NCBI GenBank assembly: GCA_040954595.2
Contig: CM082597.2
Span: 2,540,449 to 2,604,448 of the forward strand
Reading direction: 5' to 3'
Source of the DNA: Balanoglossus misakiensis
Lineage: Eukaryota > Animalia > Hemichordata
Length of the DNA: 64,000 bases
Both the position numbers and the translations under genes were made by a program. Positions 12,701 to 25,300 of the stretch are shown here, in pieces. Within the stretch, counting starts at the first letter, position 1; each line of letters starts with the position of its first letter. The notes below the pieces were generated by a model. It was not told where the DNA came from. It was given only the letters and a program-made list of their open reading frames with translations, and searched no databases.

Positions 12701-15700
12701 GCTTTTGTGTTGCAAGTTTAATTTTTTTGTACAGTACAAACAGATTTTGTTGATAAGGGGTAGTTGAAAAGAACCGAGTGTTTGGATACAACACACAACA
12801 TAGTTGCCGAATTACTTATCAGTTTCAGATCTCCTAAAACCATGGTAGACACATACAAATTGTATGGAAAGCCAATGCATTTTTAGAGAAAAAATCAGCA
12901 TGAGTTTACCAGCAGTGACGTGAAATGTAAGTCTTGACTGGGGTTTTGTCAAGGGGTATTGTACCCCGGGTCGCTGCTGATGTTGTATGACACCACGACC
13001 TACCCATGTCATATGATTTTAAACTTTTAATAGGGGCCTATGGCCTAATATTTTCGATCATATTTATTGCATACTCACCAGAAGTTCTTGTGTTTCCATT
13101 ACAACCATTTTGACGACGGTGAATTTCACTTTGACGCCAAATTCAGAAAGACTACTGTCCATGAAGATAGCTTGCGCCTGAAGTAAAATAGATTTTATTT
13201 CTATAAGTTAGGGTCTAGACCAGTCAACTTCCGCAAAATGTTGTTTACTTTTACGTATTTAAAGTTTTCATTACAAATATAAAATGGAGAAAATATAACG
13301 AAGTGATACAAAGTAAATACAACCACGTTTGAACAGTAAAAAAGATTTGTCAGCATACAGACCGTTAAAAGCAGTTTCCATTTATTTCGATGTTTTCATT
13401 GTATGTACTTTCCGTTTTTATATTTCTTCAGATAACATAACGATTGTCTTTTTAATAGTTACATAAAAATATGTATAGACGGAAAAATTGTATCGGGATT
13501 TTGCTATCAACACGAGAATATTGAATAACACTTGAAAACAGGGCTTCCGAAAAATACCACGAGTTGTGAAAATGATACTCACCAAGTTTATGCTTGACAG
13601 CATGTAGTCAACAGCTGCATCTTCAAGTTCCATGAAGACATCAAACTCAATGACGGCCATCAGCTCAATGTTTTGGACCGGAATGGCGAGATCACGGCGC
13701 CTTCTTCTCGTTTCAAAGCCGCTAGTATCAAGAGCTAGAATAAAATATGAAGATAACAGTCAGTTGACAGAACTTTGGGGGTCTGTTTTCTTATTGAACT
13801 TGGTATAACTGCATGCGTTCGCAACCGGAAGCTTTGAACAACAGACCGTGTACCATGCAAGCTTGTCTCGCATTCGAACTCCCCATATGGATCAACCAAA
13901 CGAAAGAATCCTTTTCCCTCAGACCTCACCTGCAATTCTTATCATATCGTTGCTCAAATCACCCTTCTCCTCCTCAGCTCGGTATATGATATGTTGGTCG
14001 TACACGCTCGAACCAGTTTCGAGGGGCATCACTTTGATTTCCATGCCGTCAATGTACAGAGACCCATCCTGTGAAAGCAATTTCTGATGTTATAGATTTT
14101 TGGCACCTTTCAAAGACAAGTTATCGCTCGTAAAATAGTCATGGTAACAAGACTGCATGTGCGTGTCAAATTTGGGTAGAGAGTAAACCAGAGCATCGTG
14201 TGATAGGCGGCCACGTTTGATCATTCCACAAAACCAAAACATTTTATTTTGCCACAATGACAGACTGCATGTCGCCTCAGAAAAAGTGGGCGTGTTTCTC
14301 CCACGGTATTTCTGAAAATGTCACACCGCAATCAATGAAAACTTAGCTACTTTGTGACGTTAAAAACTGTCTATTATCGCTGTTCAAATATTATTGAAGA
14401 TGAGAGAATAAATCCGTGCGTCGAGCTTTGTTGACCGTGTAACTGAAAGCGTCACAGACCTTAATACTTCTAACACATGTATTCAGGGCCATTGTTCCGT
14501 GATGTGCCATGGACGCAAATTTATGGATTGACTGAATCAATGTCAACAGTTTGAAAGGTCTAGTCCGAACGTCAATATTTTTGTGCGAGGGTGAAAATAC
14601 TGTAGTTTCTAAAATTCGCAAATATTGCATCATCCTCGTTATATGAAATGAATAGAATCAGTTCTGGTCTTACCAGGCCATCTGTCTGGGTAAAAGCTGC
14701 GATTCCACGCCCCAGTTCTTCATCGGTGGCCGGATCCTTCTTGACCACGTGGCCGATGAAATGTTTGTGAGAGTCATAGGACAGGGTCTCGGTCATCTGT
14801 TGGACGTCAGTTCTGCGCAGTAGTTCGGCGCCGGGTCGAATAAGATCTGATTACATCAAGACAAAATGTAGCACTGATTACAGTACATAGGAAAAAATCA
14901 CTTCTGATACACAGAAATTATTTTTATTGCGACGATTTTTTTTCTATTACAGAAATTTTAAAGTATCTTCTGTAAAGACGGTCAACTTGGACCCACTCCA
15001 CAATGTAACGCGTCGTACAATTAATTATACTGTACCTTTATTTCTTGTCATGGTGACTGAAAATTTTGCGCAGAGTCCGACAAATTCAACGGCGGTAACT
15101 TCATTATTCCAACTGATGGCAGAAATACTCGGTGTGGTGATGTTGAAGATCAAGTCTGAGAGAGGGAGAGGGAGAGGGGAAGAGAGAGACTTTAGCAAGT
15201 GCACGTTTTACATCTGGCAAATTATTCTTACACTAAGTTCCCATTAAGCCATTCTTGCTTGCGTTTTGAGGAAAAAAAATATTTTGTATTAGTTGTAATA
15301 ATAGAAGCTGCGTGAAAATTTTGTCCTATGAACAAGTTGGCTTCATTTCCAGAGTTGGGTCGATATTTCGATTTTTAAACAAAACATTTCCTCTCTTTAG
15401 AAAACATTAATATGTAATTTCACGAACAGATAGTTTGATCGAAAGATTACTCGAAAATTCTTTAGTTGACAAAATACTGTTCCATGTGAATATTATAGTT
15501 TTTAAATCGTCGTGTATATATGTTCTTAATCAAATGTACACAAGAGACTGCACAGCCACTATGTATTTCTCAAGTGAATTCATCATCTGGTTGTTGTTCA
15601 GCTTTCTATCGCCAGATTAATATTCACCCGAAACCCTAAACACTTACTTACCTAGAGATCGTTTTGATCGTGAGTTTCGACGAATTCTTGAGATTATCAC

Positions 15701-16320
15701 ATCGTCTTCTAACTACATGTAAAGAAACATAATTATCGATAATTATCAGGCGAATTCTATTCATTCTTTTTCGTATTTCTTTCGAAACCAGGCAGAGATG
15801 TTTCTCTCTATCTCTATCAGTCAGTCTGTTTCTGTCTCTCTCATGCACGTATGAACCCATACACACATAGATATGAAGTTTCAATTTTTGGTCTGATAGG
15901 GATTTTATTGCCTCTTCATGGCAAACCTAGTCGTTTTACTGTAAATGATTTTTCTGACACAGGAAATTGGCCGCTTTTACATCTCACCCTTTGTCGGCAC
16001 TGTATATATCTAAATGTCTCTCTCTGTCTCTCTCTGTCTCTCTCTCAATCATAGAAAAAAAACTGAAAACTGCTAACGAGTTTAACATTTTGACAAATAT
16101 AAGAAAATAAACGTTTTGGGTTTTTGCTTTATGGGTGCCGAAACCCAGGAACACGCCATCTCGCACAAGTTCCACTTTTGAGGAGTTACCAGCGACTTGT
16201 TCAGAAAAGAGAAAAATATACAAGAGACAAACTGACCTGTTGCTCGCTGCTAGCTAAGTAACCCACGGCAGAAAGTAGTATAAGCCCGAAAATAAGTAAC
16301 TCAGGACGCGGATTCTGCAT
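1..16320 (-). CDS. Secreted ADAMTS-like pseudo-metalloprotease with tandem C-type lectin/EGF array (spliced, >=42 exons, 3' end outside window)
   Basis: Hand-spliced with consistent phases and no stops. Exons (minus): 16320-16237, 15712-15652, 15155-15036, 14846-14674, 14068-13930, 13734-13583, 13177-13079, 11604-11465, 10841-10704, 10580-10464, 10324-10159, 10005-9895, 9757-9694, 9506-9212, 9115-9048, 8887-8590, 8346-8276, 8119-8015, 7841-7556, 7329-7259, 6932-6825, 6580-6301, 6101-6028, 5916-5815, 5677-5639, 5466-5169, 4997-4924, 4744-4631, 4515-4221, 4095-4028, 3884-3780, 3527-3251, 3039-2966, 2802-2689, 2527-2233, 2024-1951, 1767-1663, 1432-1156, 976-903, 742-629, 490-196, 41-<1. All introns are GT-AG except two GC-AG. 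Confidence 0.88.
903..2802 (-). CDS. Repeat unit B: EGF6-CTL8-EGF7-CTL9
   Basis: Exon sizes 114, 295, 74, 105, 277 and 74 nt. CTL9 differs from CTL7 at 11 of 88 compared residues. Confidence 0.9.
2966..4744 (-). CDS. Repeat unit A: EGF4-CTL6-EGF5-CTL7
   Basis: Exon sizes 114, 295, 68, 105, 277 and 74 nt, with conserved Cys spacing. Confidence 0.9.
4924..5916 (-). CDS. EGF3, Thr/Pro-rich linker mini-exon, CTL5
   Basis: EGF exon 5916-5815 (DCTHSDWCHHG..CSCLCDEYWEGTFCE). 39-nt exon 5677-5639 encodes STTTTLPPTTTP. CTL exons 5466-5169 + 4997-4924. Confidence 0.85.
6028..8119 (-). CDS. EGF1-CTL3-EGF2-CTL4 block
   Basis: EGF exons 8119-8015 and 6932-6825 (DC....WC..G......C.C.C..GW/TW.G.FC). CTL exon pairs 7841-7556 + 7329-7259 and 6580-6301 + 6101-6028. 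Confidence 0.9.
8276..9506 (-). CDS. C-type lectin domains 1 and 2 (exons 9506-9212 + 9115-9048; 8887-8590 + 8346-8276)
   Basis: ARQECIAYGGALANI..FYFGL..YFNWAGIEPD..HCVVL..WLDYGC..SVCEI, and AKANCELYGGRLSKI..WSDWTSGEPA..DCVVL..WVAENC..HLCEF. Confidence 0.9.
9694..10324 (-). CDS. ADAMTS disintegrin-like/Cys-rich domain, exons 11-13
   Basis: GDCFSDAP..DHDCYLKY..VCPW / DCHIWC..DCTT..PTFVDATCGFNR / VCDAVLGCIC matches the ADAMTS pattern CLxDxP..QC..C..LWC..CxT..PxxDGTxCG..C...C. Confidence 0.75.
10464..13177 (-). CDS. M12B/reprolysin-like catalytic domain, exons 7-10, degenerate Zn site
   Basis: AQAIFMDSSL..VKFTVVKMVVME / FSTFAFAWEKQL..KYYDVAFVLGG / VGLSSFQGCHP..TARVLARQFGH / ILGMDND..GC..GIMS..FTSCNRYDAMTYL. 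Colinear with ADAMTS catalytic domains (FCxWQ, HYDTAILLT, LGLA, AFTIAHELGHxxGMxHD, Met-turn, WSxCS). Confidence 0.85.
13583..15712 (-). CDS. ADAM/ADAMTS-type prodomain, exons 2-6, ending in furin site and start of M12B domain
   Basis: Spliced translation includes RNSRSKRS, VEFVGLCAKFSVTMTRNKDLIRPG, HFIGHV, AAFTQTDGLDGSLYIDGMEIKVMPL, HIIYR and ETRRRRRD, followed by IELMAVIEFDVF...VDYMLSSINL. This follows the reprolysin propeptide pattern and the start of the catalytic domain. Confidence 0.82.
16237..16320 (-). CDS. Exon 1: signal peptide MQNPRPELLIFGLILLSAVGYLASSEQQ
   Basis: aaaATG start, hydrophobic core LLIFGLILLSAVGYL, donor CAG|gtcagt, TATA box about 60 bp upstream. Confidence 0.85.
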
Positions 16321-16377
16321 TTTGTACGTATCCGATCGCGTCCAACACCTGAGCGACCACTGGTGCCGAAAGAACGG

Positions 16378-16387
16378 TTTTTATATA
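16378..16387 (-). promoter_or_regulatory. TATA box of the ADAMTS-like/CTL gene
   Basis: Minus strand TATATAAAAA about 60 bp upstream of the signal-peptide ATG, with an Inr-like CCAGT about 25 bp downstream of its 5' end. Confidence 0.65.
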
Positions 16388-19300
16388 ACCCTACAAGTCG
16401 CCATTGGGGGCAAACTTTGAGTGCTTACGTCGGCGTTTTCTAAGCCTCGCTGTGAGCCATGTTAAAAGTTTTTAATTTTCATGCACAATATTTGCACTGG
16501 CGGCTGCCACTCTGCCCCGATATTTTCGATTCTTTTCACTGACGATGAAAGGATAATTGTTTACCCTCGCTGCGAGCTTGATAACCGACGGAGAACGCCG
16601 ACAGTGGGTGTTGGTTTTACGGACGTCGCCCGCCCATCGCTTCCTTTGGGCGAAATCGATTTTCCAGGACAATTTCCGCGAATAATTTCCAAAGCAAAGC
16701 GACCGTAAAAGACTCTAACCTCTTTGTCGTTAACATAAACAGACGACATGGCAATTTATTTAAATTCCGAGTTTTCTACCTGATGTGAACATAATAGCGC
16801 GTACGGCGAACACAAAGAAACTATACCTGCCACGGTACGACACCCATTTTAATGTTTTTCTAGTAAATAACTGTAAAATAGTTGATTTTCTCATCAAAAG
16901 ACTTGAAAATCAAACATTTTACTGTGGAAATAACACAAAAAGCAGAATATGGAAGTTGAAGGATGGTATATTCTAGTAAGTCTTTAATTGTTCATGTTTT
17001 GTACACACTGATCGAATTTTAGTAATTTTTAAAACCGTACGACAGTTTACAAAAATGTTAATGAAATATTTTACAAGTTGAAATTATTTTGTTTGATCTC
17101 AAAAGAAGTCTTTGCAAAAAACCAACTGTTCAGCAAGAAACTTGCGGCTGCAAATATGAAACCATCAGTGATGGAAATTACCAGGCGAGTGGTACCATCC
17201 ATTGTTCGGTCGTGTAACTTTTTGTTTGGCGTGGGACGATAGTCGTTGTTTGTGGTGGCTGTTTTCATAATTGTGTGTTTGGAACTCATGGTGATAAGGT
17301 CAGACTTGTTCGTGGCATGTTATGGCGACACCATCGCCCTCTATAGTGCAAAATGTTGAAACTTTCGGCCTAGGTGGCAGTTTGTTGCCAGCGATACTAC
17401 TATTACTTACGGTTACAAAAAAGGGGGAGGGACTTTTGGTTCATCTAATATATTTCTGATAGTTCCCTAACATTTTACCCCGAATTATATGCACCAGTCA
17501 GTCTAATTACAGAGTGCTTTTATATGGGTACGGCAGGACTGCTGGGGAAACGACTGAAGGGTAACGATAGAACTGTCGTTGCAGTGTCGTTTTAGTGAAG
17601 GAATACTATATGTAATTTTAGAAATATATATTTCAGAATATATACATATATACTACATGTAATTTTAAAGGACACTTGTACGCATGCACACACAAGCACA
17701 TACATACATCTCATTGGAATTAAAACTGATTAGGCCTTAGATGCAGAAGCAGAAACTCGTTATATCCGTCGATAACGTTAATCCACCTGTCCACAAGGAG
17801 GAATTACCCTTAATTGAAAAACTGTCAATTAATTTTTTAAACACGTCATGGGTGACTAATTGCGTCAAAGTCTTCGGAAGTGCGATGCTGAGATACTCGA
17901 GGAAAACGAATTCAATCACTCGTGACGTAAGCTTTGACATTTGGAAGAAACTACAGATTCCTAACACGGCGGAAAAAACATAGTGACCTTTGGAAAGGTC
18001 ACTTCATTGGCTTTAGGGGTTCCGCCCACATTTGTACAATCTCCCACGGGGCAGACCTCAGGTAATCAAGATAGTCATATGAACGGATGACGCCTCGGTA
18101 GCTGAAGCCTTATTAGGGTGTTTTCTTTCCTGTTTTTCTCCTCATTCCTTCTTTCTGTGAAAATAACAGCTAAAATTACAAACAGAAATCACGACATTTT
18201 GAAATTAATTAATACAGGCATCACGATATCGATAACACGTGTTCAGGACGAGAGCACTTAATATTATTTGTCTCTCCCACACACACATACACAAACACAT
18301 ACAACCTGACACGAGCACAAACAAGGGCAGATCCCCCAGCCACTTGACATGCGCAAAAGAATCATTCTGATTGCACCGCCACTGACTGATAGCGCCCGCT
18401 ACAGTTGTTTTTTCAGCGAGTGCGTTCAGAGCTTCTGAAATATGTCAAATCTGGTATCACGACGCACTAGAGCGATGACGTCAACGGACCGACAATGTGG
18501 CGTGACCCACGTCGAGGCGAGTAATAAAGAAGGTTATGAAAACGCACAATTAAGACCACCATGGGCGATTCCTTTGTAATCCCCTCCACGTACAAACCAG
18601 CATGGGCCGCGACCAATCTGTTGAGAAACACTCCAACACGCACAATTGCAAACTACATGTATAGGATTCACAGATGGGCACGAAATTCCACTAATATATA
18701 TCTTCATTTATTTTTCGAGGCAATTTCTTCTCACGAATGCTACCTGGCGATCAATAGCGTCTGTACGTAACACGGGTTCTAGTTTCACATCCGTATTATA
18801 TGATATATTTTCTGCCATCGAAAATCGTCATTGCAACGTGGTAATCACATGATCAGGTTCTCATATTCATCTTTTTCACCAGAACTGCTGTATAAAGAGC
18901 ACATTATTTCGGTAACAATTTGTTAAATATTGCAACGTGGCGAGCACATGGTTGGGCTTACAATGTATCGTCAACTGAGTGTTTGCGAAAATTGGTGTGA
19001 CGTCAAACCGACCGGGCATGACGTCATTGGCAAGCTGGTCTTCTGTTAAATCGTTGATTAAGTTGTATAATCAGCTTAAAAAGGTACTATCTAAAAAAGA
19101 ATTGTGGATTGTGTGCTTTAGAGCCCTGCCTCGGTCGTTAAAAATAGATATGTATTTTGCAAGCTGAACAGCCGTATACCGGGACGCACCTCTTGTTTTG
19201 CATATTTCACATTGACAAGAGATGCCATACGGATCAGCCAAGCATCCTTAACTTTCTGTACATGTTTTTGTGACTTAAAAATAAAAAATGCTTGAATAAA

Positions 19301-22300
19301 TATATTATTTTTGAAAATTACGAGACGTTTCAATACTGGCCTTGCTTTTATTGCTGCTTTGGATATTATTCATTTCAAATATCTCTCAAACCTCCGTGGG
19401 GGTCGTGGATCCATTTGAATCAGGAGGTAATAAATATAACGTGACGATTTTCGAGGGCTCTGGGTTGTTTTCTTGGTTTTGCATGATGGCTTAAATGTTC
19501 AAGCGGGAAAAAAGGTCAACAGAGAGAGTGAAATGATTTTTAAATTACACATAATAATTAATAAATCGAAGAACAAAATATCATTACTTCACTTGTTTGA
19601 TCGAAGCGTAATATTATAAACTGTACTGATTTAATCGCGCGGGTTTTGCTGTTCAAATCAATCTGGGAAATAAATCCCCGCGGCATTGGAAGTGACGTCA
19701 TCACCAACCTTCCTTCTCATTTTTCCATGTAACGGGTCACACGCGGACTGTTTGAGATTTCGCACATCACAAGGACATGGTGACAGCTTTGATTAGAGGA
19801 CTCTATCGTCTAGTACTCCTGGGACGGGAGATAAACACTCGGGTCTCAAATTATAACGCCTCCACAACTACGATAAAAAAAGAAACAAAGAAAAACATGT
19901 TTACGGGTTTTGTGATAAACAGAGAGAAGTCTACTGAACTGAAGCCCCCTTGCTATCGCCCACGATTAAAATTGAGTTGGAAAACAGTATGCTACTATGC
20001 TATTTTGGCATTCGACGATATTTGGGATAATTGGAGTAAACTTTGTCATTTTATAAATAAAACAGAACGATGCGAAAGGGGGATGTAAACGGCTTACACG
20101 AGGTTAATTTTCAAAAACTGAAAGGTCATAAACGTGACTGCACTTTTCAGTGTATTCGTTCGTTACATGAATCCACGACCCCCCCCCCCCCCCTCTTTAC
20201 TGTTCTTCAGTCCGTGAATTTCTTGATATTTCCTCGAGAGGCATACTTTGAAGGTATTCCAGTTAACTATCCGTATGCCTGGTCTGTCTGCCTGCCTGTC
20301 TGTCTGTCAGTAGCAGAAAGACAACAAAACCGACCAACAGTGGATAGTGTAATACTGTATTCACTCGCGTGTGTCGGTAACTTTCTATTCGCGAATTTAA
20401 TCGGGTATTACACACCCTCTGAATTGTCCCAAATATAACAAATTTGAGAGCAGACATTTTGTATGTACAATCCCCAAATGACCCCCGTCCATCATGTCTG
20501 GCCCTGACCTCAGCTTCCAATGAAAGCCCCATTGCCAAAAAAATGAAGTCCCAGGTACCGGGTATTTGCCAAGCAAATAGAACACACAAGCCAAAGGCCA
20601 GCGTGTCCCCGTTGGGCAGTGACAATAAACATTGAAGGCCGCTAACACATCCAGGGGACTACGCTCCCATTATTCCAACCGTTCACCTGATACCCGGTTT
20701 GACGTCAATGCCCGTCATAGAAATAACAATATTCGTCAAAGGGACAATTGTCTGAACGCCGTAACATTCTTTCAATTGAAAGGCTTCAGTAGATAATTCT
20801 ATCAATAAAGTTAACGTCTTGCTACCGCGGAATAACAATGCGAATTCACAAAATATTCTCTCGCTTGTAAAAATGCCGGTGGTTTGGAATGGTTTTGAAA
20901 AAATGCAACTCTGGTTTTGCTGGTGTGTTCGTAACAGCCAGGAAACTTTACCCAACACCAGGCTACAATTTTGTTGTTACTTTTTTGACGAGACATATTT
21001 TATTATGCAGTTAAGTGATAAAACAGAATATGCGCAACTTGGCCTTGCAGTGATAGCCAGAACACCAACGCTTCCAATGTTGGCCGCGGCGTACTTGAAG
21101 CGAAGCACGCTCTCACGGACTATCTCAGAACTACTGGTGAACAAATATCTACAACATTCCCGGATGTGTTCTTTACTGGGGATGATTGAGGTCACCTGCC
21201 TACAGCGCAGTTTTCACCCACAGAGCAAACGCTCGTATTTTCTGACGCTTTTAGTTTAATAAATAGAACGTGTGTGCGTAATTGGGCCATAAGGCCTGCG
21301 GCTTTTTGTAGGATACCCGCAGAGTGTCTTCGACCCGGCAAGTCGTGAGCGTCTGAGAAAATTCCGAACAAAAATACCGACACAAAGTTGGTAATCGGTC
21401 CGCTAATCGCCCCAGTTTAATTCTGCTACGCTTCTCGCTGTGATGAGGACTCCAGCCACGAGCTTTTTGTGCAAGTACCGTCTATAGCGACCAACACAAC
21501 AGATGCACATAAGAGTTCCATGAAACGGTACGGTTGTGTTTGAGATGGAAAGTGTTCCATCACGACTGGCGACATAGCCTTTTCCCAACGGAAGAGCTCG
21601 AGCATCGTTCAAGCAATATTGAAAGAAGAATGAATGCGCATAGCGTTTTCAAATACATGCATTATATATAAAGCGGTGTCTCTATACAGACGAGAAACCT
21701 GCAGATATTACAACAGGCTTTTGTGGTGTCCATCACAGACATACAATCGATATGCACGGAATGTCGCAGACACCCGCCGCTAAAGAATATGAAACGTCTG
21801 AGCAAATATGCTCGGCGGTGAACGAGGTATCCCCGCTGGGGGGTCCCGAGCTGGCCGTTATGAAAGTTGATTTGCGAAAGTAGGTCGCTGTTCAAAATGT
21901 CATCGGGGATTCTGTGCGGAGACACACCTGCCGCGTGTTTAGAATCTAAACTAATGTCGTCATGGAATATAGCAACATTCTCGAATTGCAATTGGTTCCT
22001 TCGTAGTAAGTTAGACTGGATAGCTAAACAGTTTGTTAGTTTTCTTGAGAGGATTGGCTAAATTTGAACTCGATGGTTGCGATGAATGTTCACTTCTGTA
22101 GCGCACATCAACGCATCCAAATTTTGAGAAATTCAATCAGCACCTTTTCCGTTTAACAGCTGCGAAATCTATTCACAGTAAAAAATCTTTACGTGCCAGT
22201 GGACGAATTTTAGCGACTGGACGTTTGTGTTGAAACGATGATTGCTTTGAAACGTTTTGGCGTTCTGCCAATACGCAACTTCCAACGGACCATGAATGCT

Positions 22301-25300
22301 GCGTGGAATGGCGATACCTTTATTTACTGGAATTCGCTCGGCCATCTCGCTTCGTGCGTAATGTTTATGTGTATTTCTCTGTGGCGCCTGGCCACCAGGG
22401 GAGTTCTGAATTCATATTTCAGCGCCACTTGCGTCAAAAATACTGTAAATTGATTCAAGAAGCCATTATTTTTGAAGAGCATCTCGAGTTGTACGTTCGC
22501 TCTCTCTCGATCAACGAACCACCGGAACTGTTTACAGAACCATGCAAATGAGCAAGTGACGTTGGCAACATTGGCATGACGTCACCTGCCTTCTTACCCA
22601 ACCAGATCACGTTGCCATTACTGAGAAACCTGACGATCTTCAAGCGACCTCGGCGGCGAAGAGCCTGCATTTGCGCGCAGAAGGGCAAATGACATGTGTT
22701 TTGTGGTTGAGTCGGGTCAATTGCACTTTACACGCGGCCTGCCATCTACTTAACGGGATATGTGAACGCTGATAACTTTAGAAGTGCGGCGGAAATGTCG
22801 GCTAAATTAGCCGCACACGCAGTCACTCTACACCGCACTTGTAATAGCATATGCCTGTCAGAACTGCAAACGGGGATTTAGCTTTAATCTCTCCGGGGTT
22901 AAAGCTGGCAGTTACAGATTCCTATGTAGAGGGGAAAAATTCGCTCTTTCTTTTGGGGCATTTAAATCTTCCACTAACCCTTTGGCGTTTTATCGCATGG
23001 AAATGATATTTGCGTAGTGATATTTTAACAACCGGCAAAAGGGTCAGGTCAGGGGTCAAATCTGACTGAGTACCGTGCGGTCCAAATATAGGCCCCGAAA
23101 GTCGGCCCAGCTATCGGTCGACGACTGATTATAAACTTCTTGCATACACTTGACGCGCTCTGTCGCCTTCTTTTTATAGGGGAATCGTGTTCAGCCGTTG
23201 TGATGTATATCGAATTGCGACTCCAGGGTAATATGGCGTGATTTCCAAGGAAATAATACGAACCTTCCCCTATAGTAATGCGTCAAAATGTATAAATCAA
23301 TATGTAGATAAAATTAGCCTAACATATGATGTCATTTAATATGAGCTGTAAAAACAGGAAGAAAATGTTTCCTAACACCGATGGAATTTAATTGAATTGC
23401 CAAGATTTTAGTTATCGTCACGTAAAAGGATGAAAAACGCGCACTCTGTAGACGACAAATTCTGACTGTTGTCTTTTGCCAGCTCCAATATGGCGCCGAT
23501 CGAAAGGTCATCGCTCAAAAAATCACGCAGCAAAGTTTTGACGCACGCAGTGACCCCTCAGTACATTCTTTGCAATTAATGGCGTCTAATTATTAGTACT
23601 AGGTATTTCAGAAATGGGATGCCAACCTCAGGATTGACAGCGATTTGCCTTTAGCATGTAAGCAGTCATTTCCGCTACGAGCACACGAACTACGTTACTG
23701 CATCTGACAAATAGGTTTCTGTGTAATTGCCACCCATAAAGAATTATGACATATTCCTCTTGCTGAAATAAATTTTCAATTTAACCTTTTCGCTGTAATT
23801 ATTTTAAGCTCTCATTTATCGCTGTCGGCGTAGGTTGCGGTGATAACGCCTAAAAAGGCGATGACATTTTGACGCCTCTCATTTCTACTCGCGTGCATAG
23901 GATAGCAGTTTGTCTTTTAAAAACGTTAACGCGAATAAAATTATCTGTATCAAGATTTCCCAGTCATTTGTAAAATTTCCTCTGCGCATATGCAAGAGTA
24001 TTTGGCAGGGATCACACGGTATGGGGTCGATTTGGTTATTCAATTAGAATTTAATATCTTTGTTTGCGTAGAGTGGTGAGAATCTAATCAATTTTTACGC
24101 TCACATATAACCCTGTGCGATGCATTTTAAACTTGTAATGCGCAGGGTCGCCAGATGTTGGAAAGAAAAAATATTAATTCGAAAAGTTATGTTGTATTTC
24201 GTATCCTGTGTCGTTACTGTTACTTGCTGTGATGATCCTCAGTAAAGACTTTTCTGATTAATTTTGCATGTCTTGTGAGCTGGCAGTTTGTGCGTCAGTG
24301 CGTTCGGTGACCGAGGGCTTAACCTGCACAAAGGACGAACGTGTGAATCAATCCGGATCTCGAGCTCGGCGCTTTAACACGGGTTTTACGGAGATTCGGG
24401 GGCGATTACCTCGCTCACAGGGGCGGACAGTCACTACAAAGGCGGTGCCGGGAGTTAAACGAGAGAATAAACCCGCTTTCGTAATTCGCCAAACCACAGT
24501 CAGTGACTGTTGCCGAACGTGGGGACCATCAATTTTTTTTTCGCAACAAAAGGTGAATGCCTTGTACGTTGTACGCTGTCTCACCAGCGATTGCGCCGCA
24601 GATACCACCGTGCGTTTTAACCCCAGTACAGAGTGACGTCATATGACGTCATATAACGTCACTGCTCGTTATAGCTGCATTCGGAATTCAATTCTCTTAA
24701 TTATTGGATCATTAATCGGGTCGTTATCAAAAATTTACAACACTCAGAGAGATAGGAATCCAATCTCCTTTCATTATGACTGCGCTCGTTTCATTTTTTT
24801 TTTCGAAGGAAAATGACAGACCCAGAGTTAAACGCAATCATAAATATTTAACTTCACTGTGGCAGTCCCGGGGTTAGGGTTTTACATTTTACATCACAGC
24901 CATCCATAAAGTAAAATCGGACCTAAGCACGCGATTGAAACGCGGCGGAAGTAATTTTATCGCGTGTTTTCGACAGAGATATTCACAAACATGGTGTAGA
25001 TGCCGCCACAGCTACACATTTCGCATAATTTTTAAGGACGTTTTACTATGCAAAATCAAAAACATGTAACAATTCATTGTTTGCAATGGTGAACACCTGG
25101 TTTGGACAGTCACCTAACCCTTTCAAGTTCCATCCAAAGAGTATTGTTCGTTATAATTCCTTACATAAATTAAAAATGGCGGTGTCTTGTTTGTCAAGTG
25201 TTTACACCTGTACCTCGCAACCATGCTCGGAAAAAAATACGCAATTCACAAAATCTTGTCAAACTTCTGTGGCATTCATTATACTTTAAGTAGAACACTC

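Noticed and set aside
12900-13000. Possible extra M12B exon (VVVSYNISSDPG) in intron 7
   Set aside because: In-frame stop and poor acceptor. Exon 13079 splices in frame to 11604, which supplies the expected sequence.
16561-16749. 62-aa minus-strand ORF with good Kozak (gccATG) just upstream of the ADAMTS-like gene
   Set aside because: No recognisable domain. The downstream gene already has its own TATA, ATG and signal peptide, and no convincing acceptor links the two.
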